Source: Nostoc sp. (GTDB lineage: Bacteria > Cyanobacteriota > Cyanobacteriia > Cyanobacteriales > Nostocaceae). Taken from it: a DNA stretch of 64,000 nt. Position 1 is the stretch's first letter; each line of letters begins with the position of its first letter. Below, piece after piece: positions 52,188-62,675 of the stretch. Location of the stretch: positions 36,569-100,568 of the forward strand of contig NZ_JBALFY010000011.1 in the NCBI RefSeq assembly GCF_036916655.1. Direction: 5' to 3'. A program made the translations under genes and the position numbers. The notes below the pieces were generated by a model. That model was given only the letters and a program-made list of their open reading frames with translations. It was not told the origin of the DNA and did no database searches.

Positions 52188-52381
52188 CATTTGTGTCAAC
52201 TTAAGCTAAAACCCTTTTCAAACCTCATTTCCAGCCGGAGGCTGGAAATGCTGCTCCTGGTGGCTCTGCCGCCAATAAGAGAGGCGGAGCCTCAAAGACG
52301 AGCATTCTCAGTCTCCGACTGGGAACGAGGCAATCTAAAAGCTAGTTATAGACTTACTTTTACGTTAAGTTGACACAAATG
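52188..52381. mobile_element. MITE family B, copy 3 (194 bp, different interior, exact 9-bp flanking duplication CGCCCCGCT)
   Basis: Ends CATTTGTGTCAACTTAA / TTAAGTTGACACAAATG (perfect 17 bp); duplication at 52179-52187 and 52382-52390. Confidence 0.85.
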
Positions 52382-52453
52382 CGCCCCGCTCCTGACTACT
52401 GAATTCTGTTGGATAAGTCGGAAATCGTTTAGCTCATCAATGATTAAGTAGGG

Positions 52454-53338
52454 CTACAGCTTTTGCAACAACTCCTGAGTTAACTGAAAGAATGCTTTTG
52501 AACCTGCTGATTGGGGAGCATTTAAAACAGCTGGCATAAAACTATCAACAGCTTTAGCAACATTGACATCAACTGGTATTTGTACTTTACAAATTTTTTC
52601 TACACCAAAATCTTCAACAACGCGGTGCATTACCTGTTTGTAGTATCTACCAGTGAGCAGGTTAGCACTGGACATACTAAATACGATTCCCAGCATTTTT
52701 ATATTTATCTTGGTTTCATGTCCGTGACTATCTTTTAATTGGGCAATTCGTCTTTCTAGCAGTTGAATACCCACTACAGATAATGGTTCTGGTTTAGCAG
52801 GAAGTATGTAGAAATCACTGGCAGCTAAAGCGCTACGAGTCAATAGATTATAGCCAGGGGCACAATCGAGCAGGATAAAATCATATTCTTGACGTACTGG
52901 TTTTAAGATATTATTGATCAAAACCCTTTCAAAGCGATTCCAAATCGTTTCAAAGTCTTGTTCGCCCAAAGCAGTTGCTTGCTTATGCAGCATTTCTGAA
53001 ACAACAAATTCATCATATAAATCGATGTCTCCTGGTAATAAATCCAGTCCGGGAAGATTACAAACCGGGGATTGAATGATATCCTGAATTGTGAGTTTTG
53101 CTTGTGGATCTGGATTGATAACTTCGTCTATCAGATATCTAAATGTCTTGCTTTGTTTACGGCGCTTGGCAAAATCTAAAGGCGACATCAAACTGAGTGT
53201 GGCGCTAATTTGGCTATCTAAATCAAGGACAAGCACCCGCTTGCCATGATTTTTAGCTAAACAGGTAGCTAAATTGACGGTGAGAGTGGTTTTACCAACG
53301 CCACCTTTCATATTTGCAGTAGCAATTACATATCCCAT
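52454..53338 (-). CDS. ParA/Soj-family ATPase (orphan)
   Basis: Deviant Walker A NMKGGVGKTT, LDLDSQ, DCAPG. Confidence 0.9.
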   Translation of the reverse strand: MGYVIATANMKGGVGKTTLTVNLATCLAKNHGKRVLVLDLDSQISATLSLMSPLDFAKRRKQSKTFRYLIDEVINPDPQAKLTIQDIIQSPVCNLPGLDLLPGDIDLYDEFVVSEMLHKQATALGEQDFETIWNRFERVLINNILKPVRQEYDFILLDCAPGYNLLTRSALAASDFYILPAKPEPLSVVGIQLLERRIAQLKDSHGHETKINIKMLGIVFSMSSANLLTGRYYKQVMHRVVEDFGVEKICKVQIPVDVNVAKAVDSFMPAVLNAPQSAGSKAFFQLTQELLQKL

Positions 53339-53834
53339 TGATTGAGTCCTCTATTGACGCATTCCCGCTGGTCTATCAAGAAATAGTTGAGGGGTGTGGA
53401 TTGTTTGTAGTTTGCGCTAAAGTGCAAACTACGAACCTATCAAATTAAACTTGACAGACTACTAGGTAGCGTACACCCTTCCTGATATCTTAAATCTTCC
53501 ATTAAATTTAATATTTTCGGAAATTTCAAAGAGTTGTTTCAGCGATATTTACTCGATTGAGGCAGCAAGATGTAGTGGGTTCTTTACCTGGAATCGAGCT
53601 AACAGAATCCTTTGGCTTAATGCCGTAATAGCGATCGCACTCATCAAAGTAATTATAGAGGTATTGACAAATACAGTAGCCATAAATCAATTGTGAGAAA
53701 ATAATAGTGTTGCGAATGTAACTAAGTATTGGGTGCAAAATGTGGATGCATTTGCTAATTGAATTGAACGAAGCGGATTGATAATTTCGTGAAATCAAAG
53801 GCGCATTTACACACAAACTTATAAGGTAATTAAA

Positions 53835-54245
53835 ATGACTTACGATTCTGAAGATGTAGAACAAATCCTGCAAAAAGCACTCACTCGTAAAGACAAAGGT
53901 GAATTTTCACGAGAACAGCTTTTAGAAATGGCATCTGAGTTAGGTATTTCTTCTAAGACGTTGGAAGCAACTGAACAAAAATGGTTGGCTCAACAAGAAG
54001 AGGAACGTTTACGACACAGATTTAATACTTTCCGACGCAGAGCCTTTGGGACACACGTTGTTTCTTTCCTCGCGGTGAATTTATTCCTCATTCTCTTAAA
54101 CTTAATCACTAGTCCTAGTTATTTTTGGGCTATTTTTCCAGTATTAGGATGGGGATTAGGACTATTTTTTCATTGGTGGAGTGTTTATCAGAGCAAATCA
54201 GAGGATTACGAGATCGCTTTTCAGAAATGGCGTACACAAATTTAA
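53835..54245 (+). CDS. 2TM-domain protein
   Basis: Helical N-terminus, two transmembrane segments, WAIFPVLGWGLGLFFH. Confidence 0.8.
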   Translation: MTYDSEDVEQILQKALTRKDKGEFSREQLLEMASELGISSKTLEATEQKWLAQQEEERLRHRFNTFRRRAFGTHVVSFLAVNLFLILLNLITSPSYFWAIFPVLGWGLGLFFHWWSVYQSKSEDYEIAFQKWRTQI

Positions 54246-54579
54246 CTTCTCTTTTAAGGATAAATCCTGATATTCAGCGATCGCTCCAAATTTGTGCCTC
54301 CTTCTAGATAAAATCTTCCCATGAACTACTCACACTCACCCTTTGCGGTGAATGTGAGCTTTGTAATTTATGGCAATCACCTCTGACATCGCCAAAATAG
54401 ATAAATTTGGACAACTTTAAACTTGAGGAGTTGTATAATCACGACCTTCGATCCTTATCCTTGTGCTTGCCAATTTGCCAAAATAGAGCTGTAGGCTAGA
54501 ATAACCACGCTTTAAGAAGCTTGATTGCCTACACTCAGGAGCAAGGGGCGACTGGTTAATAAGTTAAGAGGAAGGGAGT

Positions 54580-54903
54580 ATGGACAACAACAACTGGTTA
54601 CAACAGCTAATGATGGTCGGTCTTGGCACAACGTCTATAGTCGCAGAAAAACTGCGGCAAGTCAGCGATGATTTAGTTAAAGACGGTAAGCTCAATCCTG
54701 AGCAAGCCAAGGCAGTAATAGATGATATTGCCCAGCAGTTAAAGTCGGAACAGGGAAATTTCGATATCCAAATGCAGCGGCAAATGCGAAATATGATGCA
54801 GGATTTGGGGGTGGCTCGCCAGTCGGAAGTGGACGAACTGCGGGGTAGAATTGACCGTTTAGAGCGTCAATTGCGCGATTTAGAAAATAAGCTTTGGCGT
54901 TAA
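54580..54903 (+). CDS. Phasin-family-like coiled-coil protein
   Basis: VGLGTTSIVAEKL..DDLVKDGKL..EQAK...VARQSEVDELRGRIDRLE. Confidence 0.7.
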   Translation: MDNNNWLQQLMMVGLGTTSIVAEKLRQVSDDLVKDGKLNPEQAKAVIDDIAQQLKSEQGNFDIQMQRQMRNMMQDLGVARQSEVDELRGRIDRLERQLRDLENKLWR

Positions 54904-54981
54904 AACGCCCTTTCTGATTTAAACTAATTGTGTCCTGTTGGTAATGTTTTTGCCAGGATACTTAAGTAAGGAGAACTGATT

Positions 54982-55503
54982 TTGAAACCAATTTTCCTCA
55001 GCGTGGCGTTCATGCTGGTGTGTGTTGTGCTTTTATTTGTGGGGCAAGTAGGCAGTAAACAGAGTACTGCCATTGCTGCTGAGTTAACCCAAACTCCGCC
55101 AGTATCCACAGCTGTAACTGAAAACAATATCTTAATTGCGAGTAATACTATGTCAGATGCTAATGCTGTAACTACCCCCTCTGGATTAAAGTACGTCGAT
55201 TTAAAAGAGGGGACTGGGGCGACTCCTAAACCTGGACAAACGGTTGAAGTTCACTATGTCGGCACTCTAGAAGATGGTACTCAGTTTGATAGTTCACGCG
55301 ATCGCGGCCAACCGTTCAGCTTTAAAATTGGCGTTGGACAGGTAATCAAAGGTTGGGACGAAGGAGTTAGCACTATTAAAGTCGGCGGTCGTCGTAAGTT
55401 AATCATCCCATCTGAATTAGGCTATGGCGCTCGTGGTGCTGGTGGCGTGATTCCGCCCAATGCAACTCTAATTTTTGATGTGGAATTGCTGGGAGTAAAA
55501 TAG
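54982..55503 (+). CDS. FKBP-type peptidyl-prolyl isomerase
   Basis: [40 protein letters not shown]. Confidence 0.96.
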   Translation: MKPIFLSVAFMLVCVVLLFVGQVGSKQSTAIAAELTQTPPVSTAVTENNILIASNTMSDANAVTTPSGLKYVDLKEGTGATPKPGQTVEVHYVGTLEDGTQFDSSRDRGQPFSFKIGVGQVIKGWDEGVSTIKVGGRRKLIIPSELGYGARGAGGVIPPNATLIFDVELLGVK

Positions 55504-55687
55504 CGACTAGGAACTGGGGATTGGGTACTGGGGACAAGGGAGAATTATGAAAAGAAGTTTTCATTCTCTGTGTTCTCAATGCCCAGTAACCTATCAAATA
55601 AATTAAGTATTTTAGAGTACGGATAGGGCAGAAGTACAGCTAGAAAACATAAGAAAAGTATCTATAACTTTGATCGGATTGCCGCGA

Positions 55688-56206
55688 CTATACCAACAAT
55701 CTAAAGGTCAAACTGATACGTCCAAATGTTTCTGGTTGCTTAAGAATTCCATGCTTCCAGTATTGCTGTGTCTTCTGAGGCATAAAAAGTAGATAACCAC
55801 TTTTGAGTAAGTAACTATGTTCAATGCTTTTATCTTGTTTATTCTGAAATGTAATGATTCTTTCAGCTCCTAACGAAATAATAGAGATCCCAGTATCGTC
55901 CATTAGTTCATCAATTGAGTCAGAGTGAAATCCCATTGTTGAGTTACCATTTGTGTAGTAATTGACTAAACAATTGTTTGGTCGAAACCCAAAGTCTTTT
56001 TCAAGCCTATCAATAATAGGAAGTAACTCATTCAGCATTGGAGATGAATCGTAAGAAATGTTTGAGTAGTTATATGGTGAACCAAAACTAGCTGTTTTTC
56101 GTGCCCGTATACGCTCATCCCAGTTAATTATGGATATAAGACTATCAAATAGAGAATGACTATTTGGTAAAAATACATCATTAATGAGTAAATCAGGCTC
56201 ATTCAT
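55688..56206 (-). CDS. AlkB-like 2-oxoglutarate/Fe(II) dioxygenase
   Basis: NNCLVNYY, HSD, ISLG, KHGI, RISLTFR. Confidence 0.88.
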   Translation of the reverse strand: MNEPDLLINDVFLPNSHSLFDSLISIINWDERIRARKTASFGSPYNYSNISYDSSPMLNELLPIIDRLEKDFGFRPNNCLVNYYTNGNSTMGFHSDSIDELMDDTGISIISLGAERIITFQNKQDKSIEHSYLLKSGYLLFMPQKTQQYWKHGILKQPETFGRISLTFRLLV

Positions 56207-56230
56207 TGCTCAAATAATTACTTAGGCTGG

Positions 56231-58879
56231 CTAAATTTTTAAATTTTGAAACTTTGTAAATTGTGGATTGAACAAAAGTTTCGCTGTACCCGTAGGCCCA
56301 TTGCGGTGTTTAGCTATAATAACTTCTGCAATGCCGCGATCGGGAGTATCGGGAGAGTAATATTCATCGCGGTACAACATGATTACTAAATCCGCGTCTT
56401 GTTCAATTGAATTGTGAACAATAATATTATTTGCAACAAAATTATGCAAACCAGGAACGGTGAGGTCAAAAACTTCTTCCTCGCCGCTATATTGGATTGA
56501 AACTATTTCATCCCAATAAACATCACTTTTGGCAAGAGCGATCAGTTTAGATGATTTAACAACGTTGCCGACTTTTAAAGCTCTTTCTCGACTTAAATTT
56601 ACTTTATAAAGGGTAGAGCCACAATAGGATGTTCCAATGGAGGAATGTAATAGCCGTGTGGTCAAGCCAACAGATTGCATTGCAGGTACAACCTGTGTTT
56701 TCCAAACATCTTTGGGAATTATATCTCTGTTAGTGTTATGAATACACTTTTCAAGGTGTTCAGCAATTTTTTCTAATGAACTTAGCTTATATTCTCCTAC
56801 TGCTCCAACGTTTTGAATGAATAACTCAAGGTCAGGCTTGCCAGTGATTGTTACATGATATTGGTTTCTACCCTTGCCAACTTGAGGAACTGTTCTTAGT
56901 GTTGCATTAATACCAAGCCTTAATAAAAGTGTCTGTACATCAAAAGCTAGTCTCTCACTACTGCTTGCATAAAATGCAATAGGTCTTGGCTTTTTTCCTG
57001 CAATTAAGTTGATACAACCATCTGTACTCCAAAGGTGTCTTAGAAAGCAACCTATTAACTCTTGGGGTTGTGAGAACAATTCTTGAGGTACAAATTTTTC
57101 ATAAGACCTTAAACCAAAAACACCGAGAGAGTCTAGCCATTTGGCTATTGGATTTCTTACACGATGAGTTAGATTCTGTGCTGCGGATAAGTAAACTTGA
57201 TACCACCCACGTTCAGGTGAAATTCTAGGAACAATTGAATATCCAAAAACTTCTGTTGCCAAGAAAGCAACATTCTGAGCTAAATCTATCTCTCTGGTAG
57301 TGTACTGTATGGTATGACGTGGCAATGTACAACCGTCACCAATTAAATGCCCTAATAATGCAACTTCCGCATAAGTCATGGTCTTTTTACCAAAACTAGA
57401 GAGATGTCTTGGTAAACATAGATGTTGTTTAGGAGTTAATTCATCAAGTCTTTTCCAGCCATTAATTGTTAAAAACTTGTGATTACCTGTGGCACGTATT
57501 TTGCGGCCCAATCGAGTTGTTAAAGTAAACAGAGGCTTTACACCGGTGGAAAAAGCATTGCTAACAATTGCTTTTTCTAGCTGCATTGTAGCTTCGTTCA
57601 ACGCCCAAACTGCAAAACCAGATTTACCTGCTAATTCCTTAATTGGTACTTGCAATCCTGTATCTGCTAATGTCACCAGACTATCGCCTGCTAAACAACC
57701 AGATTCTCTCAAATCAGATAACATCGGGCGTTTATTAGTACGCGCTTCCACCCCGCGACTCAACTGAGATAAAGCAATAACTGGTACAGATAATTCACGC
57801 GCTAAACCTTTGAGTTGACGCGTAATTTTTGATAATTCTTGTACGCGATTATCGCCTGCTCCTTCCATCAATTGCAGGTAATCTATTACAATTAATCCTA
57901 ATTCAGTTCCTATTTCAGCTTGCAGTCTTCTTGACTGACTACGCATTTGTGTGACTGTAATATTCGGCGTGTCGTCAATATAAATTGGCATCTCGGAGAG
58001 GATACCAATAGCACGGCTTAAAGGTTCCCATTGTGTTTGACTTAGGCGGCCAGTTCGCAGATAACTACTTTCAATTTGCGCTTCGCTAGCTAATAGACGT
58101 TGCGTCAGTTGCTCTTTAGACATTTCCAAGCTGAAAAAAGCAACTGGTAATTTATAAGAAGCGGCAATATTATGAGCTAGGTTTAAGCAAAATGCTGTTT
58201 TTCCCATTGATGGCCTGCCAGCGATAATAATCAAATCAGAACGCTGAAAGCCGCTAGTCATAGCATCTAAATCGTAAAATCCGCAGGGAATTCCAGGTAA
58301 AGCGATGCCTTGATTTCTATCTTCAATATCCTGAAAATTATTAATTAAAGTATCAGAAATGTGAACTAAACCCGATTGCGGACGCTCTTGAGTAACGCCG
58401 AAAACTTTCTGTTCTGCCTGATCTAAAACCTGTGGTAACTCGGTTTCTGTCTCGTAACCAAGATGTACAATTTCATTGCCAGCTTTAATTAACTGTCGCC
58501 GCAGATATTTTTCCATCACCAACCCTGCTAAGGCGTCGATGTTAACGGCTGACACTGTACGGTCTACCAGAGTTGCTAATTTATTTCTGCCACCAATGCG
58601 GACTAGCATTTCATTGTCGGTTAGCCAACTGGTAACTGAGAGTAAGTCTGTGGGTTTACCTTGGGTGTGGAGCCTCACAGCTGCCTGATAAATATCTTTG
58701 TGAGCGCTAATGTAAAAAGCTTCGGGAAGGAGGCGATCGCTAACTCGACTAATCGCTTCTGGATCTAGCAAAATACCACCCAAAATCGCTTCTTCCGCTT
58801 CTATATTTTGGGGCGGGAGGCGTAGTTTACCGCCGTAGGCATCGCTACCATCGCCTTGAAAACTCCGTTCTTCAGCCAT
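56231..58879 (-). CDS. dnaB: Replicative DNA helicase with intein
   Basis: PPQNIEAEE, AGRPSMGKT, IDYLQL, SQLSR, DLRESG|intein|SIEQDAD. Confidence 0.97.
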   Translation of the reverse strand: MAEERSFQGDGSDAYGGKLRLPPQNIEAEEAILGGILLDPEAISRVSDRLLPEAFYISAHKDIYQAAVRLHTQGKPTDLLSVTSWLTDNEMLVRIGGRNKLATLVDRTVSAVNIDALAGLVMEKYLRRQLIKAGNEIVHLGYETETELPQVLDQAEQKVFGVTQERPQSGLVHISDTLINNFQDIEDRNQGIALPGIPCGFYDLDAMTSGFQRSDLIIIAGRPSMGKTAFCLNLAHNIAASYKLPVAFFSLEMSKEQLTQRLLASEAQIESSYLRTGRLSQTQWEPLSRAIGILSEMPIYIDDTPNITVTQMRSQSRRLQAEIGTELGLIVIDYLQLMEGAGDNRVQELSKITRQLKGLARELSVPVIALSQLSRGVEARTNKRPMLSDLRESGCLAGDSLVTLADTGLQVPIKELAGKSGFAVWALNEATMQLEKAIVSNAFSTGVKPLFTLTTRLGRKIRATGNHKFLTINGWKRLDELTPKQHLCLPRHLSSFGKKTMTYAEVALLGHLIGDGCTLPRHTIQYTTREIDLAQNVAFLATEVFGYSIVPRISPERGWYQVYLSAAQNLTHRVRNPIAKWLDSLGVFGLRSYEKFVPQELFSQPQELIGCFLRHLWSTDGCINLIAGKKPRPIAFYASSSERLAFDVQTLLLRLGINATLRTVPQVGKGRNQYHVTITGKPDLELFIQNVGAVGEYKLSSLEKIAEHLEKCIHNTNRDIIPKDVWKTQVVPAMQSVGLTTRLLHSSIGTSYCGSTLYKVNLSRERALKVGNVVKSSKLIALAKSDVYWDEIVSIQYSGEEEVFDLTVPGLHNFVANNIIVHNSIEQDADLVIMLYRDEYYSPDTPDRGIAEVIIAKHRNGPTGTAKLLFNPQFTKFQNLKI
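56411..57697 (-). mobile_element. DnaB intein (429 aa) with LAGLIDADG homing endonuclease
   Basis: Starts CLAGD after RESG, ends IIVHN before Ser; block B TGNHKF; motifs LLGHLIGDG and LRHLWSTDG. Confidence 0.95.
58820..58845 (-). mobile_element. 18-nt small dispersed element inserted in a HIP1 site in dnaB
   Basis: Minus strand GCGAT-[GCCTACGGCGGTAAACTA]-CGC; removing it restores GCGATCGC and the peptide SDRLPP. Confidence 0.75.
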
Positions 58880-58905
58880 AAACGATTTTAGTTTTGATAT
58901 TTTGC

Positions 58906-58933
58906 TAGAGACGCGATTAATCGCGTCTGTACA
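58906..58933. repeat. REP-like palindrome AGAGACGCGATTAATCGCGTCTGT
   Basis: Near-perfect inverted repeat between rplI and dnaB. Confidence 0.7.
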
Positions 58934-58990
58934 GGAGTTAGGAGTTATTATCCACTTTTACTTCCCTTGCTCCCTCATCGCTCTCCTAAG

Positions 58991-59449
58991 TTAGCTAGCC
59001 ACGACTTGAATATTGACTTGCGCCGCTACTTCCGAATGCAGCTTGATTTCGGCTTGATAAGTACCAAGGTGATTGATATCGGGGATGGTAATTCCACGCC
59101 GATCGATTTCTTGACCGGTGGCTGCCTTAATTGCATCTACAACATCTTGGGTGGTGATAGTACCGAAAATTGCTTCGTTTTCACCAACTGGCTTGGCAAT
59201 TGTCAAGCTGCCAACTTTTTCTAAAGATTCTTTTTGTTCAAGAGCTTGTTGTCTGAGTTCTAATTGCCGTTGACGTTCTTGCTCGCGACGGCGTTCTACT
59301 TGCTTGAGAATACCAGGGGTGGCATTGGTTGCCAATTTCTGGGGAATCAGATAGTTACGAGCGTAGCCAGGAGCTACTTCTACTAAGTCGCCAGATTTGC
59401 CCAGCTTGCTGATATCCTGATTTAAAACTAACTGCACACGTTTCGCCAT
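58991..59449 (-). CDS. rplI: 50S ribosomal protein L9
   Basis: [30 protein letters not shown]; start set at ATG 59449. Confidence 0.97.
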   Translation of the reverse strand: MAKRVQLVLNQDISKLGKSGDLVEVAPGYARNYLIPQKLATNATPGILKQVERRREQERQRQLELRQQALEQKESLEKVGSLTIAKPVGENEAIFGTITTQDVVDAIKAATGQEIDRRGITIPDINHLGTYQAEIKLHSEVAAQVNIQVVAS

Positions 59450-59656
59450 CGTTTTTCGTTTTTCCTGTAAAATCTGATTAATTTGGGTTTGGGCAGCATA
59501 GCTCACAATCTCAGTGCTGTATTCCAAGCTTTTTGGCCTAATTCCCTAAAGCTTACAGATCGTAGCGAAAGAAAGGGTGCGATCGCAACTATTAGCGCTA
59601 GAAAGTTGGAGGAGCAGGGGAGCAGGGGAGAAAAATCAATACCCCATGCCCAATAC

Positions 59657-60430
59657 CTAAAAGTTATTTTTCATTTCCCGTATCCGCGCAAAGGTTTGCA
59701 CTCCATCGCTACCCTTAACGGTTGATTGTAATGATGGTTGATCCCAACGTAAAAAGGGATTGGTTCGCTTCTCCACTCCCAGCTGCGACGGTATGGTAGC
59801 TTCTCCTCGACTACGGTAAGCCTTTACTTCATTGAAGCGTTTTTGTAAGTCGGCATTGTCGCCATCTACAGTTAGGGCAAATTGCAGATTATTTAAGGTG
59901 TATTCGTGGGCACACCAAATATATGTATCATCAGGGAGAGAACGTAGTTTGCTTAAAGAGTCCACCATTTGGGTTGGTGTTCCTTCAAACAAGCGACCGC
60001 AACCACCAGAAAATAAGGTGTCTCCGCAAAATAAATCGCCTGTCTCACCAACGTTTTCGGGGGGAAAGTAGTAAGCGATGTGAGCGCGGGTATGTCCGGG
60101 GACGAAGATAACTTCACCTATGCGGTCTGCAAACTGGACGCGATCGCTTTGTTGCAAAAACACCTGCTGTCCAGGAATTCTCCCACGATCTTCGGCTCCT
60201 CCGTAAACTATCAGTTGGGGAAATTCTTCTATTAATTGCTTGTTACCACCCACATGATCGTTATGGTGGTGGGTGTTGAAAATTGCTACCAACTCAGCTT
60301 TTAATTCTGCCAGTTTTTTTAATACTGGTTGAGATTCTGCTGGATCGACAACGGCGGCAATATTTTGTTTGCGATCGTGTAATAAAAATATGTAGTTGTC
60401 TGAGAGTGCTTCCAGACGGATTATCTGCAT
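59657..60430 (-). CDS. gloB: Hydroxyacylglutathione hydrolase (glyoxalase II)
   Basis: [36 protein letters not shown]. Confidence 0.95.
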   Translation of the reverse strand: MQIIRLEALSDNYIFLLHDRKQNIAAVVDPAESQPVLKKLAELKAELVAIFNTHHHNDHVGGNKQLIEEFPQLIVYGGAEDRGRIPGQQVFLQQSDRVQFADRIGEVIFVPGHTRAHIAYYFPPENVGETGDLFCGDTLFSGGCGRLFEGTPTQMVDSLSKLRSLPDDTYIWCAHEYTLNNLQFALTVDGDNADLQKRFNEVKAYRSRGEATIPSQLGVEKRTNPFLRWDQPSLQSTVKGSDGVQTFARIREMKNNF

Positions 60431-60840
60431 TACCTCTGTCTCCCTTACAACATAGATGTTTGGTATCGGTAACAATCCTAAGTCTCAGCAATTAATCAGT
60501 GTACTTGTATAAAGCTTATTAAGCATTTATATTTGCTTTCGTACTAATCTAATGCTTCATCAATAGTTATTATAGTATACAACCGTGTTTATACGGCAAA
60601 CATAGCAGAATAAAGTATAAGGTGTCTAAATTTATCAGTGAATTTTCTCTGGGAAAAACCGCAAATACAAAGTTAGATTTATTTTGTTATTTTCTGTTCT
60701 CAAGATACCAAAAATCTATCTAATCATAGGGAATATTTTTTCATCTGTTAGGTCTGATAGAATTTAAATTTTATGTATAGATATTTATATATTAAATATT
60801 CAGTAAATCTGAGCATAGTTTATTTTTAGAGGTTTTATAT

Positions 60841-61767
60841 ATGTTAGTAATATCTGCAAAGTCTGGACAACTAGGCAACAGGTTATTGTTATCTGCTAAT
60901 TTTATGGCATTTGCGAGTGAAAATAACTTTACAGTTATCAATCCAGCATTTGAAGAGTATGCTGATTTTTTTAGATCGACATATCAAGATTTTTTATGTT
61001 GCTATCCTTCTAGACCATTTTCAATTGCCGGAAACAAATGGCTCCGCAAATACTACTATAATATCAATCGTTATTTGGCGGAAAGTGGACGTTTTAACAC
61101 AATTAATATTAAGCGTGATTACCCTTTTAACTGGAGCAATTCAACAAGCATTACAAAAGAGTTGAAATCACAGAATATAAGCTTTTTTCAAGGATGGATG
61201 TTTCGCGATGGATGGTTTATAGACGATATATCAAACCTACAGAAACATGGAGAAAAAATTCGTGCTTACTTTCAACCTTTAAAAAAGTATCAATTAAATG
61301 TAGAAAAGCTCATATCTAATATTCGTAGCCAGGCGGATATAATAATTGGAGTCCATATCCGTCATGGAGATTATCAGCAACATCAAAATGGTAGATTTTT
61401 TTATTTAATTGAAGACTATTTGAAGGTGATAGAATCAGCAAAGATATTATTTTCTAACAAAAAAGTGATATTTTTAATTTGCTCAAACCAAAGGCAAAAT
61501 GACGATTTTTTTCAACATTTATCTTATGTTTATGGCAATAATCATATAATTGAGGATATGTATTCCTTAGCTAAATGTGATTATATTATTGGCCCTCCTA
61601 GTAGTTATAGTATGTGGGCATCATTTTATGGTGAGCGACCTCTCTATATGATTAGAGACGTAAATAAAATGTTAGAACTCAAAGATTTTGTTCACTTTTA
61701 TCAATGGCAAGGAGTTTTCCACTATAACGAAGACTGGAGTAAAAGTTTCTGGGAATGGACACATTAA
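60841..61767 (+). CDS. Alpha-1,2-fucosyltransferase-like glycosyltransferase (GT11)
   Basis: GQLGN, IGVHIRHGDY, DMYSLAKCDYII..SSYSMWA. Confidence 0.8.
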   Translation: MLVISAKSGQLGNRLLLSANFMAFASENNFTVINPAFEEYADFFRSTYQDFLCCYPSRPFSIAGNKWLRKYYYNINRYLAESGRFNTINIKRDYPFNWSNSTSITKELKSQNISFFQGWMFRDGWFIDDISNLQKHGEKIRAYFQPLKKYQLNVEKLISNIRSQADIIIGVHIRHGDYQQHQNGRFFYLIEDYLKVIESAKILFSNKKVIFLICSNQRQNDDFFQHLSYVYGNNHIIEDMYSLAKCDYIIGPPSSYSMWASFYGERPLYMIRDVNKMLELKDFVHFYQWQGVFHYNEDWSKSFWEWTH

Positions 61768-61815
61768 ATTAGATTGAAGGACTAGGATTAAAAGTAACAA
61801 TTATTTAGCTTATTT

Positions 61816-62658
61816 ATGAAAAAAGAAACCAGAGGATTTATTACTATTTTAACCGGACTTTACTCTTTTCAAGATTGCATTCATTTTTTAGCCGCAATTA
61901 GAAAGTTTCATCAAGAGCCAATCATTATTTTAATTGACCAAGTTCCAGTAGTTCTCTATCCGTTACTAAAGGCTTTCAAAAATGTAATTTTAAAGCCGTC
62001 CCCTACAAATGAAAATACTGTTTTAGCATCTAGGCAAGCCAAACTGGCTTTATATGCAGCATCGGAGTTTGATAAAACGATTTACCTCGATTCAGATATT
62101 TGCTTACTTTCTGATATCAACGATGTATTTGAGTATTTAAATGAATATGATTTTCTGTTAACTGAAGATGTGCAACCTTCTATTCTAAAAGCTACAAATT
62201 TACTACGTGGAAAGCAAGAAGACCTTTTACCGAATGTTTTGCCGATTTTGCAATCTGTAGGGTTACCATTACAAGCAGATAGTGTCCAGTATAATGGCGG
62301 TTTTATGGCTTTTCGTAAAACAGAAGTAACCAAGATATTCTTTGAAGAATTTCAACGTTATTTTGAGATTGTCAAAAACAATCAAGATAAATTGCTTCTA
62401 AAAGATCAAGGGGCTTTTGCATCTGCGATCGCATCTGTACAACCCCATAAAAAAATACTACCACCTACCTATAATTATCTCAGTAAGTGGGAAGAGGATT
62501 ATGATATTCAAGATAAAATTAAAGTTCTTCATTGTACTTATCCTTATCGACCCCAGTATGCTAAAAATATTACTCGTTCCTTATATACAAGGATTTTTGA
62601 CAGATTCGCTCAAGTATTTTTACCGAATCAAGTTACAAATCCTTGGCGCACTAAATAA
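61816..62658 (+). CDS. GT-A fold glycosyltransferase (GT8-like)
   Basis: KTIYLDSD (DxD), YNGGF, KDQG, YNY, VLH. Confidence 0.7.
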   Translation: MKKETRGFITILTGLYSFQDCIHFLAAIRKFHQEPIIILIDQVPVVLYPLLKAFKNVILKPSPTNENTVLASRQAKLALYAASEFDKTIYLDSDICLLSDINDVFEYLNEYDFLLTEDVQPSILKATNLLRGKQEDLLPNVLPILQSVGLPLQADSVQYNGGFMAFRKTEVTKIFFEEFQRYFEIVKNNQDKLLLKDQGAFASAIASVQPHKKILPPTYNYLSKWEEDYDIQDKIKVLHCTYPYRPQYAKNITRSLYTRIFDRFAQVFLPNQVTNPWRTK

Positions 62659-62675
62659 AAATAAGTATAAAAATC

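Noticed and set aside
53526-53873. 115-aa Cys/Tyr-rich minus ORF
   Set aside because: It overlaps the start of the 2TM gene and I do not recognise it; a shorter real ORF in its 3' half cannot be excluded without a homology search
54580-54903. Polyhydroxyalkanoate locus implied by the phasin-like gene
   Set aside because: No phaA/B/C/E genes in the window; such proteins also occur alone
57489-58688. Short plus-strand ORFs within dnaB, and similar ones inside other long genes
   Set aside because: Antisense or alternate-frame shadows of confidently assigned coding sequences
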